Shown here piece after piece: positions 19,370 through 29,646 of a stretch of DNA of 64,000 nt. Where the stretch lies: NCBI GenBank assembly GCA_963745835.1, contig CAVUZH010000022.1, positions 160,001 through 224,000 of the forward strand, read 5' to 3'. The notes under the pieces were generated by a model. The model worked only from the letters and a program-made list of their open reading frames with translations, was not told where the DNA came from and made no database searches. How positions within the stretch are numbered: position 1 is the first letter of the stretch; each line of letters begins with the position of its first letter. The DNA comes from an uncultured delta proteobacterium (GTDB lineage Bacteria > Desulfobacterota > Binatia > UBA9968). The translations under genes and the position numbers were made by a program.

Positions 19370-20524
19370 TTACGGTTTAACGGGCGCCATCAATGAGACG
19401 GCCAGTTCGGCGACGCGATTGGCGGCGCCCGGGGCACCGAGTTGCTCTCTGAGCATACGGAGGTTTGCGATCATCGTCCGGCGGGCATCGTGATCATTGA
19501 GTATCGCCTGACTCTCCTGCACGAGCCGTTTGGACGACAGATCCGATTGAACCAATTCTGGAACGATCGGCCTTCCAGCAATAATGTTGGCGATGCCGAT
19601 ATATTCGATCTTGACCAACAAGCGTGCAAGCCAATACGTGACCCAGGAAACCCGATAAACCACGATCATCGGTTTCTCGAGCAGCGCTGTTTCCAAGGTG
19701 GCGGTGCCGGAAGCCGCCCAGACAAGATCCGCGGCATTCACGGCGTTGTAGCGTCCGCCTTCTACTATAGGTATCACGAAGCCCGCGCGATCCAGCTCTT
19801 TCTGCAACTCCGCTCGATCTAAGGTACTGGCTCTGACACAAAAAAACTGCGCCTGCTCAACGCGCTTCAACTCGGTGGCCGCAGCAACCATTACCGGCAA
19901 ATGGTAAGCAATTTCTTTTCGCCTGCTGCCCGGAAGCAACGCGATGACCGGCCTTTCTTTGTCCAACCCGAGTTCGCTCAAGATCGACTCACGTTTTTGA
20001 CTCACCCGCACGACATCCAGCAATGGATGGCCGACAAATTCGACTGGCACGTGGTGTCGCTCATAGAACTCGACTTCAAACGGGAACACCACTGCCATCT
20101 TGTCAACTACCTGGGCGATTTCCCGGATTCGGCCGCGACGCCACGCCCATACCTGGGGACTAACGTAATAGAGCACCGGGACAGCGAGCTTTTTAGCGAG
20201 CCTGGCCAGTCGCAAATTGAATTCCGGGAAGTCGATGAGAATGAGAAGGCTCGGTCTGCGTGTCCGCAACGTCCGGCGCAAAAGACGATATGCCGCGATA
20301 ATATTTTTGATGTTGCCTGCCAATTCGAGGAGCCCCATTCCGGTCAGTTTCGACACGGTGAAAAGGGTCTCGAAACTTGTTCGTTGCAGCTGGTCGCCGG
20401 CGACGCCGAAGAACGTGAGATTCGGATCTCGCTTCAATAACGCTTTGACCAGGCTGGCCGCATGCATATCGCCGGAGGCTTCGCCGACGACCAGCATGAT
20501 CTCTCTGCCACCATTCATAGGCAA
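19370..20524 (-). CDS. lpxB: Lipid-A-disaccharide synthase
   Basis: GEASGDMH, IDFPEFN, YYVSPQVWAWR, VGHPL, LPGSR, SGTATLE. Confidence 0.97.
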   Translation of the reverse strand: MPMNGGREIMLVVGEASGDMHAASLVKALLKRDPNLTFFGVAGDQLQRTSFETLFTVSKLTGMGLLELAGNIKNIIAAYRLLRRTLRTRRPSLLILIDFPEFNLRLARLAKKLAVPVLYYVSPQVWAWRRGRIREIAQVVDKMAVVFPFEVEFYERHHVPVEFVGHPLLDVVRVSQKRESILSELGLDKERPVIALLPGSRRKEIAYHLPVMVAAATELKRVEQAQFFCVRASTLDRAELQKELDRAGFVIPIVEGGRYNAVNAADLVWAASGTATLETALLEKPMIVVYRVSWVTYWLARLLVKIEYIGIANIIAGRPIVPELVQSDLSSKRLVQESQAILNDHDARRTMIANLRMLREQLGAPGAANRVAELAVSLMAPVKP

Positions 20525-20545
20525 AATGTCGACACTTCGGGCAGA

Positions 20546-21478
20546 TCAAAGCTGAGCTCGGATCAACGACGCTATTTCCAATGCGTTAAGGCCGTCAACG
20601 CCGCTGACCAGGGGGGCCGTTCGCGCGCGCACACAATCGAGAAATGAGTCGATCTCATCGGCGAGAGCATCTCCTTCCTTGAATTCGATGTTTTCACTGC
20701 GCACGTCTAGCCATCCCGCGCCCGGCGCCGGCTTGTAGATTATCTGGGCACGGCGTTGATCGTAGTCGATTGAGATATAAGCGTCAGGTTGAAAGAATCG
20801 AACCTTTCGTTCCCGCTTGATCGAGACTCGGCTGGCGGTGACGTTGGCGATGCAGCCGTTGGCAAAGATCAGGCGGGCGTTGGCAATGTCCGGTGTTTCG
20901 GTCAGAACCGGCACGCCAACTGCCTCCACACGAATCACCGGAGAACGAACCAAGCTGGCAATAACATCGATGTCGTGAATCATCAGATCAAGCACGACGT
21001 CAACATCCGTGCCTCTTTCGACGAACGGTGCCAACCGATGGCATTCGACAAACTTCGGTTCTTTGATGACTCCTTCGAGGCGCCGGATTGCCGGGTTAAA
21101 GCGCTCCAGATGCCCCACCTGCAGAATACAATTCCGAGACTCGGCCAGGCTTACCAAATCCTTCGCCTCGTCCAGGTTTGCGGCGAGCGGTTTCTCAACC
21201 AGCACATCGATGCCGGCGGTTATAAAGTCTTTGGCGACTTGATGGTGGACCCGGGTTGGAACGGCAATGCTGACACACTGTACTCGGCCGAATAGCTCGC
21301 GGTAATCGGTCAATCCCACGGCTCCCACGCCGCCGCCAATTTCAGCGGCACGGGCACTATCTTCATCGACCACAGCGACGAGATCAGCCTTTTCCGAGGC
21401 GGCATACTTCTCCGCATGAAATTTGCCTAAGTATCCGACCCCGATGACCGCAGCTGGGATTTTCTCGCGTGGATGCAT
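20546..21478 (-). CDS. Gfo/Idh/MocA oxidoreductase, GnnA-like (candidate UDP-GlcNAc 3-dehydrogenase)
   Basis: GVGYLG..H, VEKP, GHLERFNP, DVDVVLDLMIHDID, ANVTASRVS. It sits between lpxI and lpxB, as gnnA does. Confidence 0.82.
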   Translation of the reverse strand: MHPREKIPAAVIGVGYLGKFHAEKYAASEKADLVAVVDEDSARAAEIGGGVGAVGLTDYRELFGRVQCVSIAVPTRVHHQVAKDFITAGIDVLVEKPLAANLDEAKDLVSLAESRNCILQVGHLERFNPAIRRLEGVIKEPKFVECHRLAPFVERGTDVDVVLDLMIHDIDVIASLVRSPVIRVEAVGVPVLTETPDIANARLIFANGCIANVTASRVSIKRERKVRFFQPDAYISIDYDQRRAQIIYKPAPGAGWLDVRSENIEFKEGDALADEIDSFLDCVRARTAPLVSGVDGLNALEIASLIRAQL

Positions 21479-21491
21479 GTTTACTTGCTGC

Positions 21492-22313
21492 TCAAGCGGC
21501 GACGCCGACAACAGCGATTCCGCCAGCATCGGCCTCCGCGAGCAGCGCGTCTTTCTCCAACAATAATGTTTTCCCCGCTTCTAGAGCTAAAGCAACCGCG
21601 CCGGCTTGGCGAAGTATTTTGATAGTTTCCACGCCGACGGCGGGAACGTCGAAGCGCAGATCTTGTTTGGGCTTGCTGACCTTGATGACCACACAACCGG
21701 AACGCGCCAAACTACCGCCCCGCTTAATCGCCTCATCGGTGCCTTCCACCGCCTCGACGGCGATCACCATGCCGTTTTTTACTACAACGGTTTGGCCAAT
21801 GCCCACACGGCCGATTTCTTTGGCAACATGAATCCCGAAACGGATGTCCTCCCAATGCCGATCTGACGGCGCATGGCGGGTAAGAACGCCGGCAGTGGTA
21901 ATAATTTGCGGCACGCACAGAGTTGATTCCAAGACTGTAATCCCGTCCTTCTCGAGCTCGTCGGCAATGCCACGGAGCAAGGCATCGTCGTCCCGACTCT
22001 TCAGACGGGCCAGAAAGCTGGCGCCACGCAAGTCAGGACGAAAATTGCCGAACAGCCTCACTTTGCGAATTCCACCCGCCATGACCGCCTGGGTGACCCG
22101 CGCGCGATGAAAGGTGCGGATGATTTTTCCCAACTGTCCAACATAAACCCAGGTCAATTCGTCGACAACGTTCTCAATCTCTGCCAGTGTCTCGTCGCGA
22201 TGAGCAACTGCCACAACAGAGTATCCCTCTCGTTTGGCTTCCTGAGCGAAAATATAGGGGAACCGGCCGTTGCCGGCGATTAAACCTATTCGCTTGTCGT
22301 AAAGAGAGTTCAC
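21492..22313 (-). CDS. lpxI: UDP-2,3-diacylglucosamine diphosphatase LpxI
   Basis: GLIAGNGRFP, GQLGK, IGQTVVV, AVEAVEGTD, KPKQDLRFDVP. Confidence 0.95.
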   Translation of the reverse strand: MNSLYDKRIGLIAGNGRFPYIFAQEAKREGYSVVAVAHRDETLAEIENVVDELTWVYVGQLGKIIRTFHRARVTQAVMAGGIRKVRLFGNFRPDLRGASFLARLKSRDDDALLRGIADELEKDGITVLESTLCVPQIITTAGVLTRHAPSDRHWEDIRFGIHVAKEIGRVGIGQTVVVKNGMVIAVEAVEGTDEAIKRGGSLARSGCVVIKVSKPKQDLRFDVPAVGVETIKILRQAGAVALALEAGKTLLLEKDALLAEADAGGIAVVGVAA

Positions 22314-22347
22314 GCTGGCGAGCGCTGGATTGAAGGTGTGACCTTAG

Positions 22348-23124
22348 CTATCGGCAAATGCCGCGTTGCGATTGGGCGATGAAAGCTAACAAAATATCGA
22401 TTTCGGCCGTGGGTGATAACTCGCGGCGGACCTTTTCTAGCGCGTCTTTGGTTTTGAGCTTCGATTGAAAGATAATCCGGTAAGCTTTCTTCAAAGCGTC
22501 GATCGCAGTGGTAGTAAAACCCCGGCGCTTTAATCCTTCGAGGTTGAGCCCGCGAAGACGGGCCCGATCACCAGTGGCATTGCAAAAAGGCGGAACATCT
22601 TTGGAAACCATCGATCCCGCTCCCAAAATCGATCCCGAGCCGATACGGGCAAACTGATGAATGCCAACCAAGCCGCCGACGATCACATAGTCTTGGATCA
22701 TGACATGCCCGCCCAGTGTGGCGCCATTGGCAATGATATTGTGGCTGCCGATTAGACAGTCGTGAGCGATATGGCAATGCATCATCAACAAATTATGATC
22801 ACCCACACGGGTGACCATTCCGCCGCCGGCGGTTCCCGGATTAAGCGAAACGTATTCTCGGATGGTGTTGTGGTTGCCGATGATCAATTCGCTGGCCTCT
22901 CCCCTGTACTTGAGATCCTGCGGCCTGGATCCAATGGTGGCAAATTGATAGATCGTGTTTCCTTTGCCGACTGAAGTGCGGCCTTCAATCACCACATGAG
23001 ACGCCACCCTGGTTTGTTGGCCGATTCTTACCCCGGCGCCAATAACACTGTAAGGCCCGATCTCAACCTCAGAATCTATTTCCGCTTGGCGATCGATCAA
23101 AGCTGTCTGGTGGATCCTGCTCAT
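22348..23124 (-). CDS. lpxA: UDP-N-acetylglucosamine acyltransferase
   Basis: Hexapeptide repeats, PQDLKY, IRE, HIAHDC, HQF, DVPPF, GLN..GLKRRGF. Confidence 0.97.
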   Translation of the reverse strand: MSRIHQTALIDRQAEIDSEVEIGPYSVIGAGVRIGQQTRVASHVVIEGRTSVGKGNTIYQFATIGSRPQDLKYRGEASELIIGNHNTIREYVSLNPGTAGGGMVTRVGDHNLLMMHCHIAHDCLIGSHNIIANGATLGGHVMIQDYVIVGGLVGIHQFARIGSGSILGAGSMVSKDVPPFCNATGDRARLRGLNLEGLKRRGFTTTAIDALKKAYRIIFQSKLKTKDALEKVRRELSPTAEIDILLAFIAQSQRGICR

Positions 23125-23132
23125 GGTGAATC

Positions 23133-23570
23133 CTAGGGCATGTCGATTTCCATGGCGGAAATCTCAGCTTGAGCCACCAGCTTGCCGTCGACCAACGCGC
23201 TCCCGTGCATTTTCCAGAAACTGCCGCGGCGCTTCAAACAGGTCAATTCCATTCGTAATTGGTCTCCGGGTTCCACCGGCCGTTTGAACTTCACATTATC
23301 CAGACCGGTAAGAACGAACACCTTGTTATCTTCCATGCCGCCGCGGGCGTTATGGGCGAAGATCGCGCCGACCTGAGCCATAGCTTCACAGATCAATACT
23401 CCCGGCATCACCGGGCGGTTGGGAAAGTGGCCTTGGAAGAAATTCTCGTTGAACGAGACATTCTTGATAGCGATGATCTTCTCTTCTCCATCGATTTGCA
23501 AAACTTTATCGACCAACAGAAACGGATATCGATGGGGAAGATATTTTAGGATGTCTTTGACCTCGACCAT
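23133..23570 (-). CDS. fabZ: 3-hydroxyacyl-ACP dehydratase
   Basis: LPHRYPFLLVD, FFQGHFP..PVMPGVLICEAMAQ. Confidence 0.97.
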   Translation of the reverse strand: MVEVKDILKYLPHRYPFLLVDKVLQIDGEEKIIAIKNVSFNENFFQGHFPNRPVMPGVLICEAMAQVGAIFAHNARGGMEDNKVFVLTGLDNVKFKRPVEPGDQLRMELTCLKRRGSFWKMHGSALVDGKLVAQAEISAMEIDMP

Positions 23571-23574
23571 GACC

Positions 23575-24639
23575 CTACTTTTCCTTTGGTTGCCGATTCG
23601 CAAGTTGTGCCACTTGCTTCTCGAGGCGCCGCACCAGTGTCCACAGCTTAGGTAACTGCGGCAAAAGAGTCATCACCTTCAGCCACTCGTGATGCGGCGC
23701 TACGCCAATACCGCCCGACAGCAACGCTCCCGCTGGCACAGACTGAGGCACTCCAGACTGCGGTCCGATGATCGCTCCGTCGCCGATCTCGATATGATTG
23801 ACTACCCCCACTTGTCCAGCCAAAGTCACATTCTTCCCCAATCTCGTACTGCCGGCGATCCCGGCTTGCGCCGCGATCGCCGAGTTTGCTCCCACGGTAA
23901 CATTATGCGCAATTTGTACGAGATTATCGATCTTAGCGCCTCGTCCAATGAGTGTGCGGCCAAGAGTTGCGCGATCAATCGTTGTATTGGCGCCGATCTC
24001 GACATCGTCTTCGACCTCGACGATGCCCACCTGAGGGATCTTGATCCTATGTTCGCCGCTCCCGGCATAGCCGAAGCCATCGCTGCCAATAACCACACCC
24101 GCATGAAGAATGACCCTGTTGCCGAGCCGGCATCCATCGCGAACGACCACATTGGGATGCAGCACGCAGTCGCTACCGATCTCCGCTCGATCACCCAAAA
24201 ACACCCCGGGAAGCAAAACGCTGCGATCTCCGATCAGGACGGATTTCCCTATGTAGACATTGGGGTAGGCTGCGACATCGTGACCAAGCTTTGCGGTTGG
24301 ATCGATATGCGCGGAAGGAGCAATTTCCCGGCGATACTCGGCACCCGGAGCAAACAGCTGAAGAATTTTAGCGAACGCCACATAGGGCTGCGCCACCTCT
24401 AAGAAACCTTGATCGATTTTCGCTCGTTCGGGGGCGACCAGTTGGGGCGTGACGATAATCGCGCTGGCCTTGGAAGCCGAAATGAATCTGGCATAGCGAG
24501 GGTTAGCGAGAAAGGTAATATCGCCCGTACCGGCTTCTTCGATCGGCGAAACTCTAGAGATCTTGACGGAGCCGTCGCCGATAACTCGGCCGCCAACGTA
24601 CTCGGCCAAATCGCGAAGTATTCTTTCTCGAGGCGGCAC
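23575..24639 (-). CDS. lpxD: UDP-3-O-acyl-glucosamine N-acyltransferase
   Basis: ITFLAN, GSDGFGY, KIPQVG, IGANTTIDR, KIDNLVQIAHNV. Confidence 0.97.
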   Translation of the reverse strand: MPPRERILRDLAEYVGGRVIGDGSVKISRVSPIEEAGTGDITFLANPRYARFISASKASAIIVTPQLVAPERAKIDQGFLEVAQPYVAFAKILQLFAPGAEYRREIAPSAHIDPTAKLGHDVAAYPNVYIGKSVLIGDRSVLLPGVFLGDRAEIGSDCVLHPNVVVRDGCRLGNRVILHAGVVIGSDGFGYAGSGEHRIKIPQVGIVEVEDDVEIGANTTIDRATLGRTLIGRGAKIDNLVQIAHNVTVGANSAIAAQAGIAGSTRLGKNVTLAGQVGVVNHIEIGDGAIIGPQSGVPQSVPAGALLSGGIGVAPHHEWLKVMTLLPQLPKLWTLVRRLEKQVAQLANRQPKEK

Positions 24640-24641
24640 TT

Positions 24642-25148
24642 CTATTTATTGCGGCTGTTGAAAACTTCGATCACTTTGTTTGTGACGTCGATTCCTTGGT
24701 CGCTGTAAAGAATTTGGTTTCGTTCCAAGATCAAAGTAAATTTGTCGGATTTTCCGATCTCGTTGACAATCTTTTCGAGCTCTTTGAGGATGTCTCCGGT
24801 TAATGCCCCCTCTTTTTGCCGAAGCTCCTGTTGCTGGTCAGTCATTGTTCGTTGATAATTGACGAATCGTCTCTGCAGATCAGCCTCCGAGTTGCGCCGC
24901 TCTTCCTCCTTCATTAGAGGTCCCTTCTTATCCAGATCCGCCTTGAGCCGTTCGAGCTCGGTCTTTTCTTTAAGAAGCTCAGCTTCCGCCTTTTTCACCT
25001 GCGCCTGAAATCGTTCCTTGGCCCGTTTACCGGCATTGGAATCCGAGATCGCTCGCTGTATGTCGATAAAGCCGATTTTGACCCGCTCTTGCGCTCCAAC
25101 TGCTGGAACACATAGAAGAGTCAAAAACAAAACCAACCAATATTTCAC
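24642..25148 (-). CDS. skp: OmpH/Skp periplasmic chaperone
   Basis: Signal peptide, KIGFIDIQR, coiled coil and DVTNKVI; lies between bamA and lpxD. Confidence 0.93.
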   Translation of the reverse strand: MKYWLVLFLTLLCVPAVGAQERVKIGFIDIQRAISDSNAGKRAKERFQAQVKKAEAELLKEKTELERLKADLDKKGPLMKEEERRNSEADLQRRFVNYQRTMTDQQQELRQKEGALTGDILKELEKIVNEIGKSDKFTLILERNQILYSDQGIDVTNKVIEVFNSRNK

Positions 25149-25198
25149 TTACGCCTCCAGAAAATCAGAGATTAGTGGACAGGGAAAAAGAATGCCAG

Positions 25199-27613
25199 CT
25201 AGGGCTGGGTGCCAATGGTGAAGCCGATGACCGAAGTTTCATCCTCGGATTGCTTGTTCAGCGGGAAGCCAAGCTCGACACGCAAAGGACCGAACGGAGA
25301 CATCCATCGAGCGCCGAAGCCGATCGATTGCCTAAGCTCACTGAAACTGAATTTGTCAGATTCACTGAACGAATTTCCGATATCGAAGAAAGCCACGCCT
25401 CGAAGCCCGAATTGCTCCATGATCGGAAACATCAGCTCGGCGCTCAGAACGATGGCCCGGTCGCCACCGACTACTTCGGTGTCGTCGCAGATCCCATCAG
25501 CATTGCAATTGGCGGGTTCGCGCGGACCCAGGCTACGTTCGGCAAAGCCGCGAACGGAGTTGATCCCTCCAAGAAAGTAGCGCTCGAACAGCGGCAAATC
25601 CTTTTTGCCATTGTCTCGTTCGGCTAATCCGACGCCATACCCCAGGGATCCCCCCAAGGCCAGCACATAGGCGCCGCCCCAGTTCGGGTCTTTCAAAAGA
25701 GGATAATGCCAGCGGCCGCTCAAATCCGATTTGATGAAGCGATTATCGCCGCCCAATCCCGCAAACTTTACCGAGAAAGCTGATTTAGTTCCCTCGGTCG
25801 GGTTAAAAAAATGATCCCGGCTGTCGTAGCTGATGCTTGGGCTCATCGCGCTGGTTAACGATGTGCCCTTTTCGTCCTGAATCGTCGTCGGAGCTGTGGC
25901 TTCGACGTCGTTGATGGTTTCCCGAGTAAGCTCGTAATTCATCCCGCCGCGCATGTAGTCCCAAATCGTCGGCGGCGGGTTATTCGCCAGTTGATCCGAT
26001 CCAAGCGCAGGCTGCTTCCTCAGCCGGCCGAAAAACGGCACGCTGACATTCTTCAAAGGATAGCTAGTATTGATTCCGAAACCCAACTTTCTTTCATTGA
26101 AATCGTTGTATTCCCGCTCTGTGTTGAAGGCATTGATCCCTAAAGCCATCTGAGTGTCGTTGAAGTACGGCTCAGTGAACCCGACTATAAAGTCTTGACG
26201 GCTAGAGCCGATTGCGAAACTGCCGTTAAGTCCTTGCCCGCGGCCAAACAAATTCTTTTCAGCGATATTGGTGTTGAAAATAAACCCGTCACCGCTGCTG
26301 TATCCGGCGCCTATCGTGAATGTGCCCGTGGGCCCTTCCTTGACGTCGACCAGAACATCCACTGTATCGGGTTGGTCGGTTTTTTTCGTGGTCAGCTGGA
26401 CGTCCTCAAAATACCCCGTCCGTTGAAGCGCGTTTCGGCTCTGAGTGATTTTCGCGCTGGAATAAAGCTCTTGTTCTGAAGTCAGTAACTCCCTGCGCAC
26501 GACCTTATCCCTGGTTTTGGTGTTCCCCGCGACTAGAACTCGATTGAAGTACACCGGTGGACCCTTATCGATCACCAATGCGATATCGACCTTCTTTTCA
26601 CTTGCATTGACTTTGGTGACCGGTTCGATTTGCGCGAAAGCGAACCCTCTATTGGAGTAGAGATCGGTTAAGGTGGAAATATCGTCACGCAAACGGCTGC
26701 CTCTAAAGATCTGCCCTTCGGTGATTTTCACCTGCTTGAGCATCTCTTCGCCGCCCTGAATCAAATCGCCGCCGATCTCGACCTTGCCGACACGGTATTG
26801 CGGCCCTTCGTGGACTCTGATCACCAGTTCCAGCCCATCGCGGCCGCGTAACACCACCGGCTCATCGATCTTATGATCGATGTAGCCGTGATCGATGTAA
26901 TGATTACCTAAAATCGCAACATCATTGGTTAGGATGTCGCGATCCAGAATGCCGCGGTTTGTTATAAACGAAAAGAGCCACTCTTCCTTAGTGGCCATCA
27001 ATCCTTTGAGTTCGCTTTCGTTAAACGTACGATTACCTTCAAAGCTGATCTTTTTAATCAACAGCCGATTTCCCTCGTTTATATCAAGGACCAAAACGGC
27101 CTGATTGTTAGATTCAACCGTTACGGCATAATCCACCCGAGCATTCCCGTACCCCTGCTCGCCGTACAGCCTTCTGACCTTCTCGACCCCCTCGGCAACT
27201 CTGCTACGGTCGAGAACCGTTCGCGGTGTCACGCCGAGAGCGCCTTCAATCTTGTCACGCCCCACTTGTGAGGCGCCTTGTATTCTTACCTCGCGCACGT
27301 AGGGTTTCTCTTTGACTGAATAGATCAACACGTTCTCAGGGGAGAGCTGGGCTTCGACGTCATCGAAGAATCCCATCCTAAAAATCGCTTTGACATCTTG
27401 TTCGACGAGAGCGGGATCGAAATCGGCACCGGCCCGGCTTTTGATGTGAAGTCGAATACCGTCTTCTTCGACTCTCACATTGCCGGTTATCCTGACGTCT
27501 TTAAGGCTAACCTTTTCCTGTGCCCACAAGGCTGAAGTCAACGTAAGTGAAAGGACAAAAACACAACAAAGCACTGTCTGGAGAAATTCAACGATAGTGA
27601 ATTGCGGTTTCAT
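25199..27613 (-). CDS. bamA: Outer membrane protein assembly factor BamA
   Basis: POTRA repeats (GN..TRDKVVRRE, GYFEDV), barrel motif GGINSVRGF, WMSPFGPLR. The start was trimmed to MKPQF because the longer ORF overlaps lolD. Confidence 0.96.
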   Translation of the reverse strand: MKPQFTIVEFLQTVLCCVFVLSLTLTSALWAQEKVSLKDVRITGNVRVEEDGIRLHIKSRAGADFDPALVEQDVKAIFRMGFFDDVEAQLSPENVLIYSVKEKPYVREVRIQGASQVGRDKIEGALGVTPRTVLDRSRVAEGVEKVRRLYGEQGYGNARVDYAVTVESNNQAVLVLDINEGNRLLIKKISFEGNRTFNESELKGLMATKEEWLFSFITNRGILDRDILTNDVAILGNHYIDHGYIDHKIDEPVVLRGRDGLELVIRVHEGPQYRVGKVEIGGDLIQGGEEMLKQVKITEGQIFRGSRLRDDISTLTDLYSNRGFAFAQIEPVTKVNASEKKVDIALVIDKGPPVYFNRVLVAGNTKTRDKVVRRELLTSEQELYSSAKITQSRNALQRTGYFEDVQLTTKKTDQPDTVDVLVDVKEGPTGTFTIGAGYSSGDGFIFNTNIAEKNLFGRGQGLNGSFAIGSSRQDFIVGFTEPYFNDTQMALGINAFNTEREYNDFNERKLGFGINTSYPLKNVSVPFFGRLRKQPALGSDQLANNPPPTIWDYMRGGMNYELTRETINDVEATAPTTIQDEKGTSLTSAMSPSISYDSRDHFFNPTEGTKSAFSVKFAGLGGDNRFIKSDLSGRWHYPLLKDPNWGGAYVLALGGSLGYGVGLAERDNGKKDLPLFERYFLGGINSVRGFAERSLGPREPANCNADGICDDTEVVGGDRAIVLSAELMFPIMEQFGLRGVAFFDIGNSFSESDKFSFSELRQSIGFGARWMSPFGPLRVELGFPLNKQSEDETSVIGFTIGTQP

Positions 27614-27692
27614 TCTGCCCGGGGCAAGACCTCTTTGGAGGGATGATACTGCTAAATTTTGTAGCAAATTTGCCTGATCTTGTAAAGCTAAA

Positions 27693-28382
27693 TCACGGGC
27701 AGTGAGTGATCGGGAACAACTGGCCATCACGCAACTCCAACTGCCGGCCGATCTTTTCAGCGAAGTCACGGTTGTGCGTCGCGATAACCAGCGCGACCCC
27801 GCGCTGTTCATTGAGCTGAAAGAGCAGGTCATGCACTTCCTGGCCGATGCGAAAGTCCAATGACCCCGTCGGCTCGTCGGCGAGAATCAGTTTGGGCTGA
27901 AGAATCACCGATCGCGCCACCGATACCCGCTGCTGCTCGCCTCCGGATAATTTACCAGGGCGATGGCTCATTCGCTCCTTGAGTCCGACGGATTCGAGGA
28001 GATCCTCCGCCTGCTCCCGGGCCTGCGCCGGCGAGATCCCTTGGATCAGCGCCGGCAGCATGACGTTCTCGAGAGCTGAAAAATCTGGCAACAAGTAATG
28101 GAACTGAAAAACAAAACCAATTTCTCGATTGCGGAAAGCTGAGACCGCGGTCTCGTCGTCCAATGGTAACTCCTTGCCCGAGTAAATGATTCGTCCGCTG
28201 GTCGGCCGGTCCAGCGTGCCGAGTATATGCAAAAGCGTGCTTTTACCGACACCGGATTCTCCGACAATCGCCAACCGCTCGGAGGTTTGCAACTCCAAGC
28301 TCAATTGACGCAGCACGACGATTTCCCTTCCTCCTTCGCTGTAGGATTTATCGATATCGCGCGCTGACAGGAGACTACTCAT
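27693..28382 (-). CDS. lolD: Lipoprotein-releasing ABC transporter ATPase
   Basis: GESGVGKST, GFVFQFHYLL, LSGGEQQRV, ADEPTG. Confidence 0.93.
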   Translation of the reverse strand: MSSLLSARDIDKSYSEGGREIVVLRQLSLELQTSERLAIVGESGVGKSTLLHILGTLDRPTSGRIIYSGKELPLDDETAVSAFRNREIGFVFQFHYLLPDFSALENVMLPALIQGISPAQAREQAEDLLESVGLKERMSHRPGKLSGGEQQRVSVARSVILQPKLILADEPTGSLDFRIGQEVHDLLFQLNEQRGVALVIATHNRDFAEKIGRQLELRDGQLFPITHCP

Positions 28383-29622
28383 AACGGATGATCTCGACCG
28401 GATCCAGTTTCGCGGCTTGCCGAGCCGGATAAATGCTGGCGAGCAAACAGACAATGAATGATGCCACGGTCACGATCATAAAATTACTGAAATAAATCCG
28501 CACCGGAACTGTGGAGATCAAGAACACATCTTTGGGCAGCTCAAACCGGTACTGGGCGATCAATGTGCAGACCAGAAGGCCAAGAAGTAGGCCCAACGTC
28601 GTCCCAACAATGCCAATGATAAATCCCTTGAGCAAAAAGATCTTTCGGATGCTGGCTCGGGTGGCACCCATCGACATCAAGATCGCAATATCCTTCCGTT
28701 TTTCCATCACCACCATGACTAGGGTCGAAATGATGTTAAAAGCGCCGATCAGAACCATCAACAGCAACACCAAAAAATAGACGGTCTTTTCCAGCTGCAG
28801 CGCGGAAAATAGGTTCGGCCATAGCCGGGTCCAATCTTCCGTAAGATAGGGAAATCCCAACTGTAACTGAATCCGATCGGCAATCTCACGCGATTGGTTG
28901 ACGTCATTGACCCGGATTTCTATGTTGCTGACCGCATCGCCAAGCTCGAAAAATTTTTGCGCGTCGGCAAGGCCCATAAACACCAAGGTCGAGTCAATTT
29001 CACTCATTCCGGTATTCAAGAGTCCCGTAATGACAAACCGGCGCACCTTTGGAATGACGCCGATGGCTGTTGGACTTCCAAGCGGAGAGACCACCTGAAT
29101 CGGACTACCGACAAAGACCCCGAGCTGAGCCGCCAGCCGCTCGCCCATGATCACGCCAGGGAGCATGATGGTGCGATCTTGCACCTGAACCGGATTCTGC
29201 TGCTTGAGGCCGGCGATGCTTCCTTGTTTCATGTAGCGTTGCAAATCGACAACGGCATTGACACGGTCCGGATCGACACCACGAACAACCACTCCCGAAA
29301 CCCGTGAGCCTGAGGTCAACATCACTTGGCCGTAAATCGCCGGCGAGGCGGCGACTACGCCCTCCTGCTTGACCACTTGTTGAACTAGCTCTTCGTACTC
29401 CGAAAGCTGATCGCCGGACTTCAGCAGAGCGATATGCGCGTTGATCCCGAGCAAGCGATCGCGCAGTGTTTCCTCGAACCCCGTCATGACCGCCATGACC
29501 ACGTTCAAAGTCATCACGCCGATCATAACGCCAAGCACGGAAATGACCGTGATCAGCGAGATGAAGGTTTCTTGTCGGCGAGCTCTCAGATATCTGAGAC
29601 CAATGAAAAGCTCGTAATTCAT
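28375..29622 (-). CDS. lolE: Lipoprotein-releasing ABC transporter permease (single LolC/E-type)
   Basis: YELFIGLRYL, VMAVMTGF, AFNIISTLVMVVMEKRKDIAIL, YPARQAAKLDP. Confidence 0.9.
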   Translation of the reverse strand: MNYELFIGLRYLRARRQETFISLITVISVLGVMIGVMTLNVVMAVMTGFEETLRDRLLGINAHIALLKSGDQLSEYEELVQQVVKQEGVVAASPAIYGQVMLTSGSRVSGVVVRGVDPDRVNAVVDLQRYMKQGSIAGLKQQNPVQVQDRTIMLPGVIMGERLAAQLGVFVGSPIQVVSPLGSPTAIGVIPKVRRFVITGLLNTGMSEIDSTLVFMGLADAQKFFELGDAVSNIEIRVNDVNQSREIADRIQLQLGFPYLTEDWTRLWPNLFSALQLEKTVYFLVLLLMVLIGAFNIISTLVMVVMEKRKDIAILMSMGATRASIRKIFLLKGFIIGIVGTTLGLLLGLLVCTLIAQYRFELPKDVFLISTVPVRIYFSNFMIVTVASFIVCLLASIYPARQAAKLDPVEIIRYE

Positions 29623-29646
29623 GCTGGAGAAATTGGCTCGGGCGGG

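Noticed and set aside
23689-24402. 237-aa plus-strand ORF and the many similar antisense ORFs across 1-45 kb
   Set aside because: They are shadow frames opposite well-conserved genes (here lpxD), as expected at this GC content, and carry no motifs.
27614-27832. N-terminal extension of the 877-aa BamA ORF
   Set aside because: It overlaps lolD in another frame and precedes the signal-peptide-like segment; ATG 27613 is more plausible.
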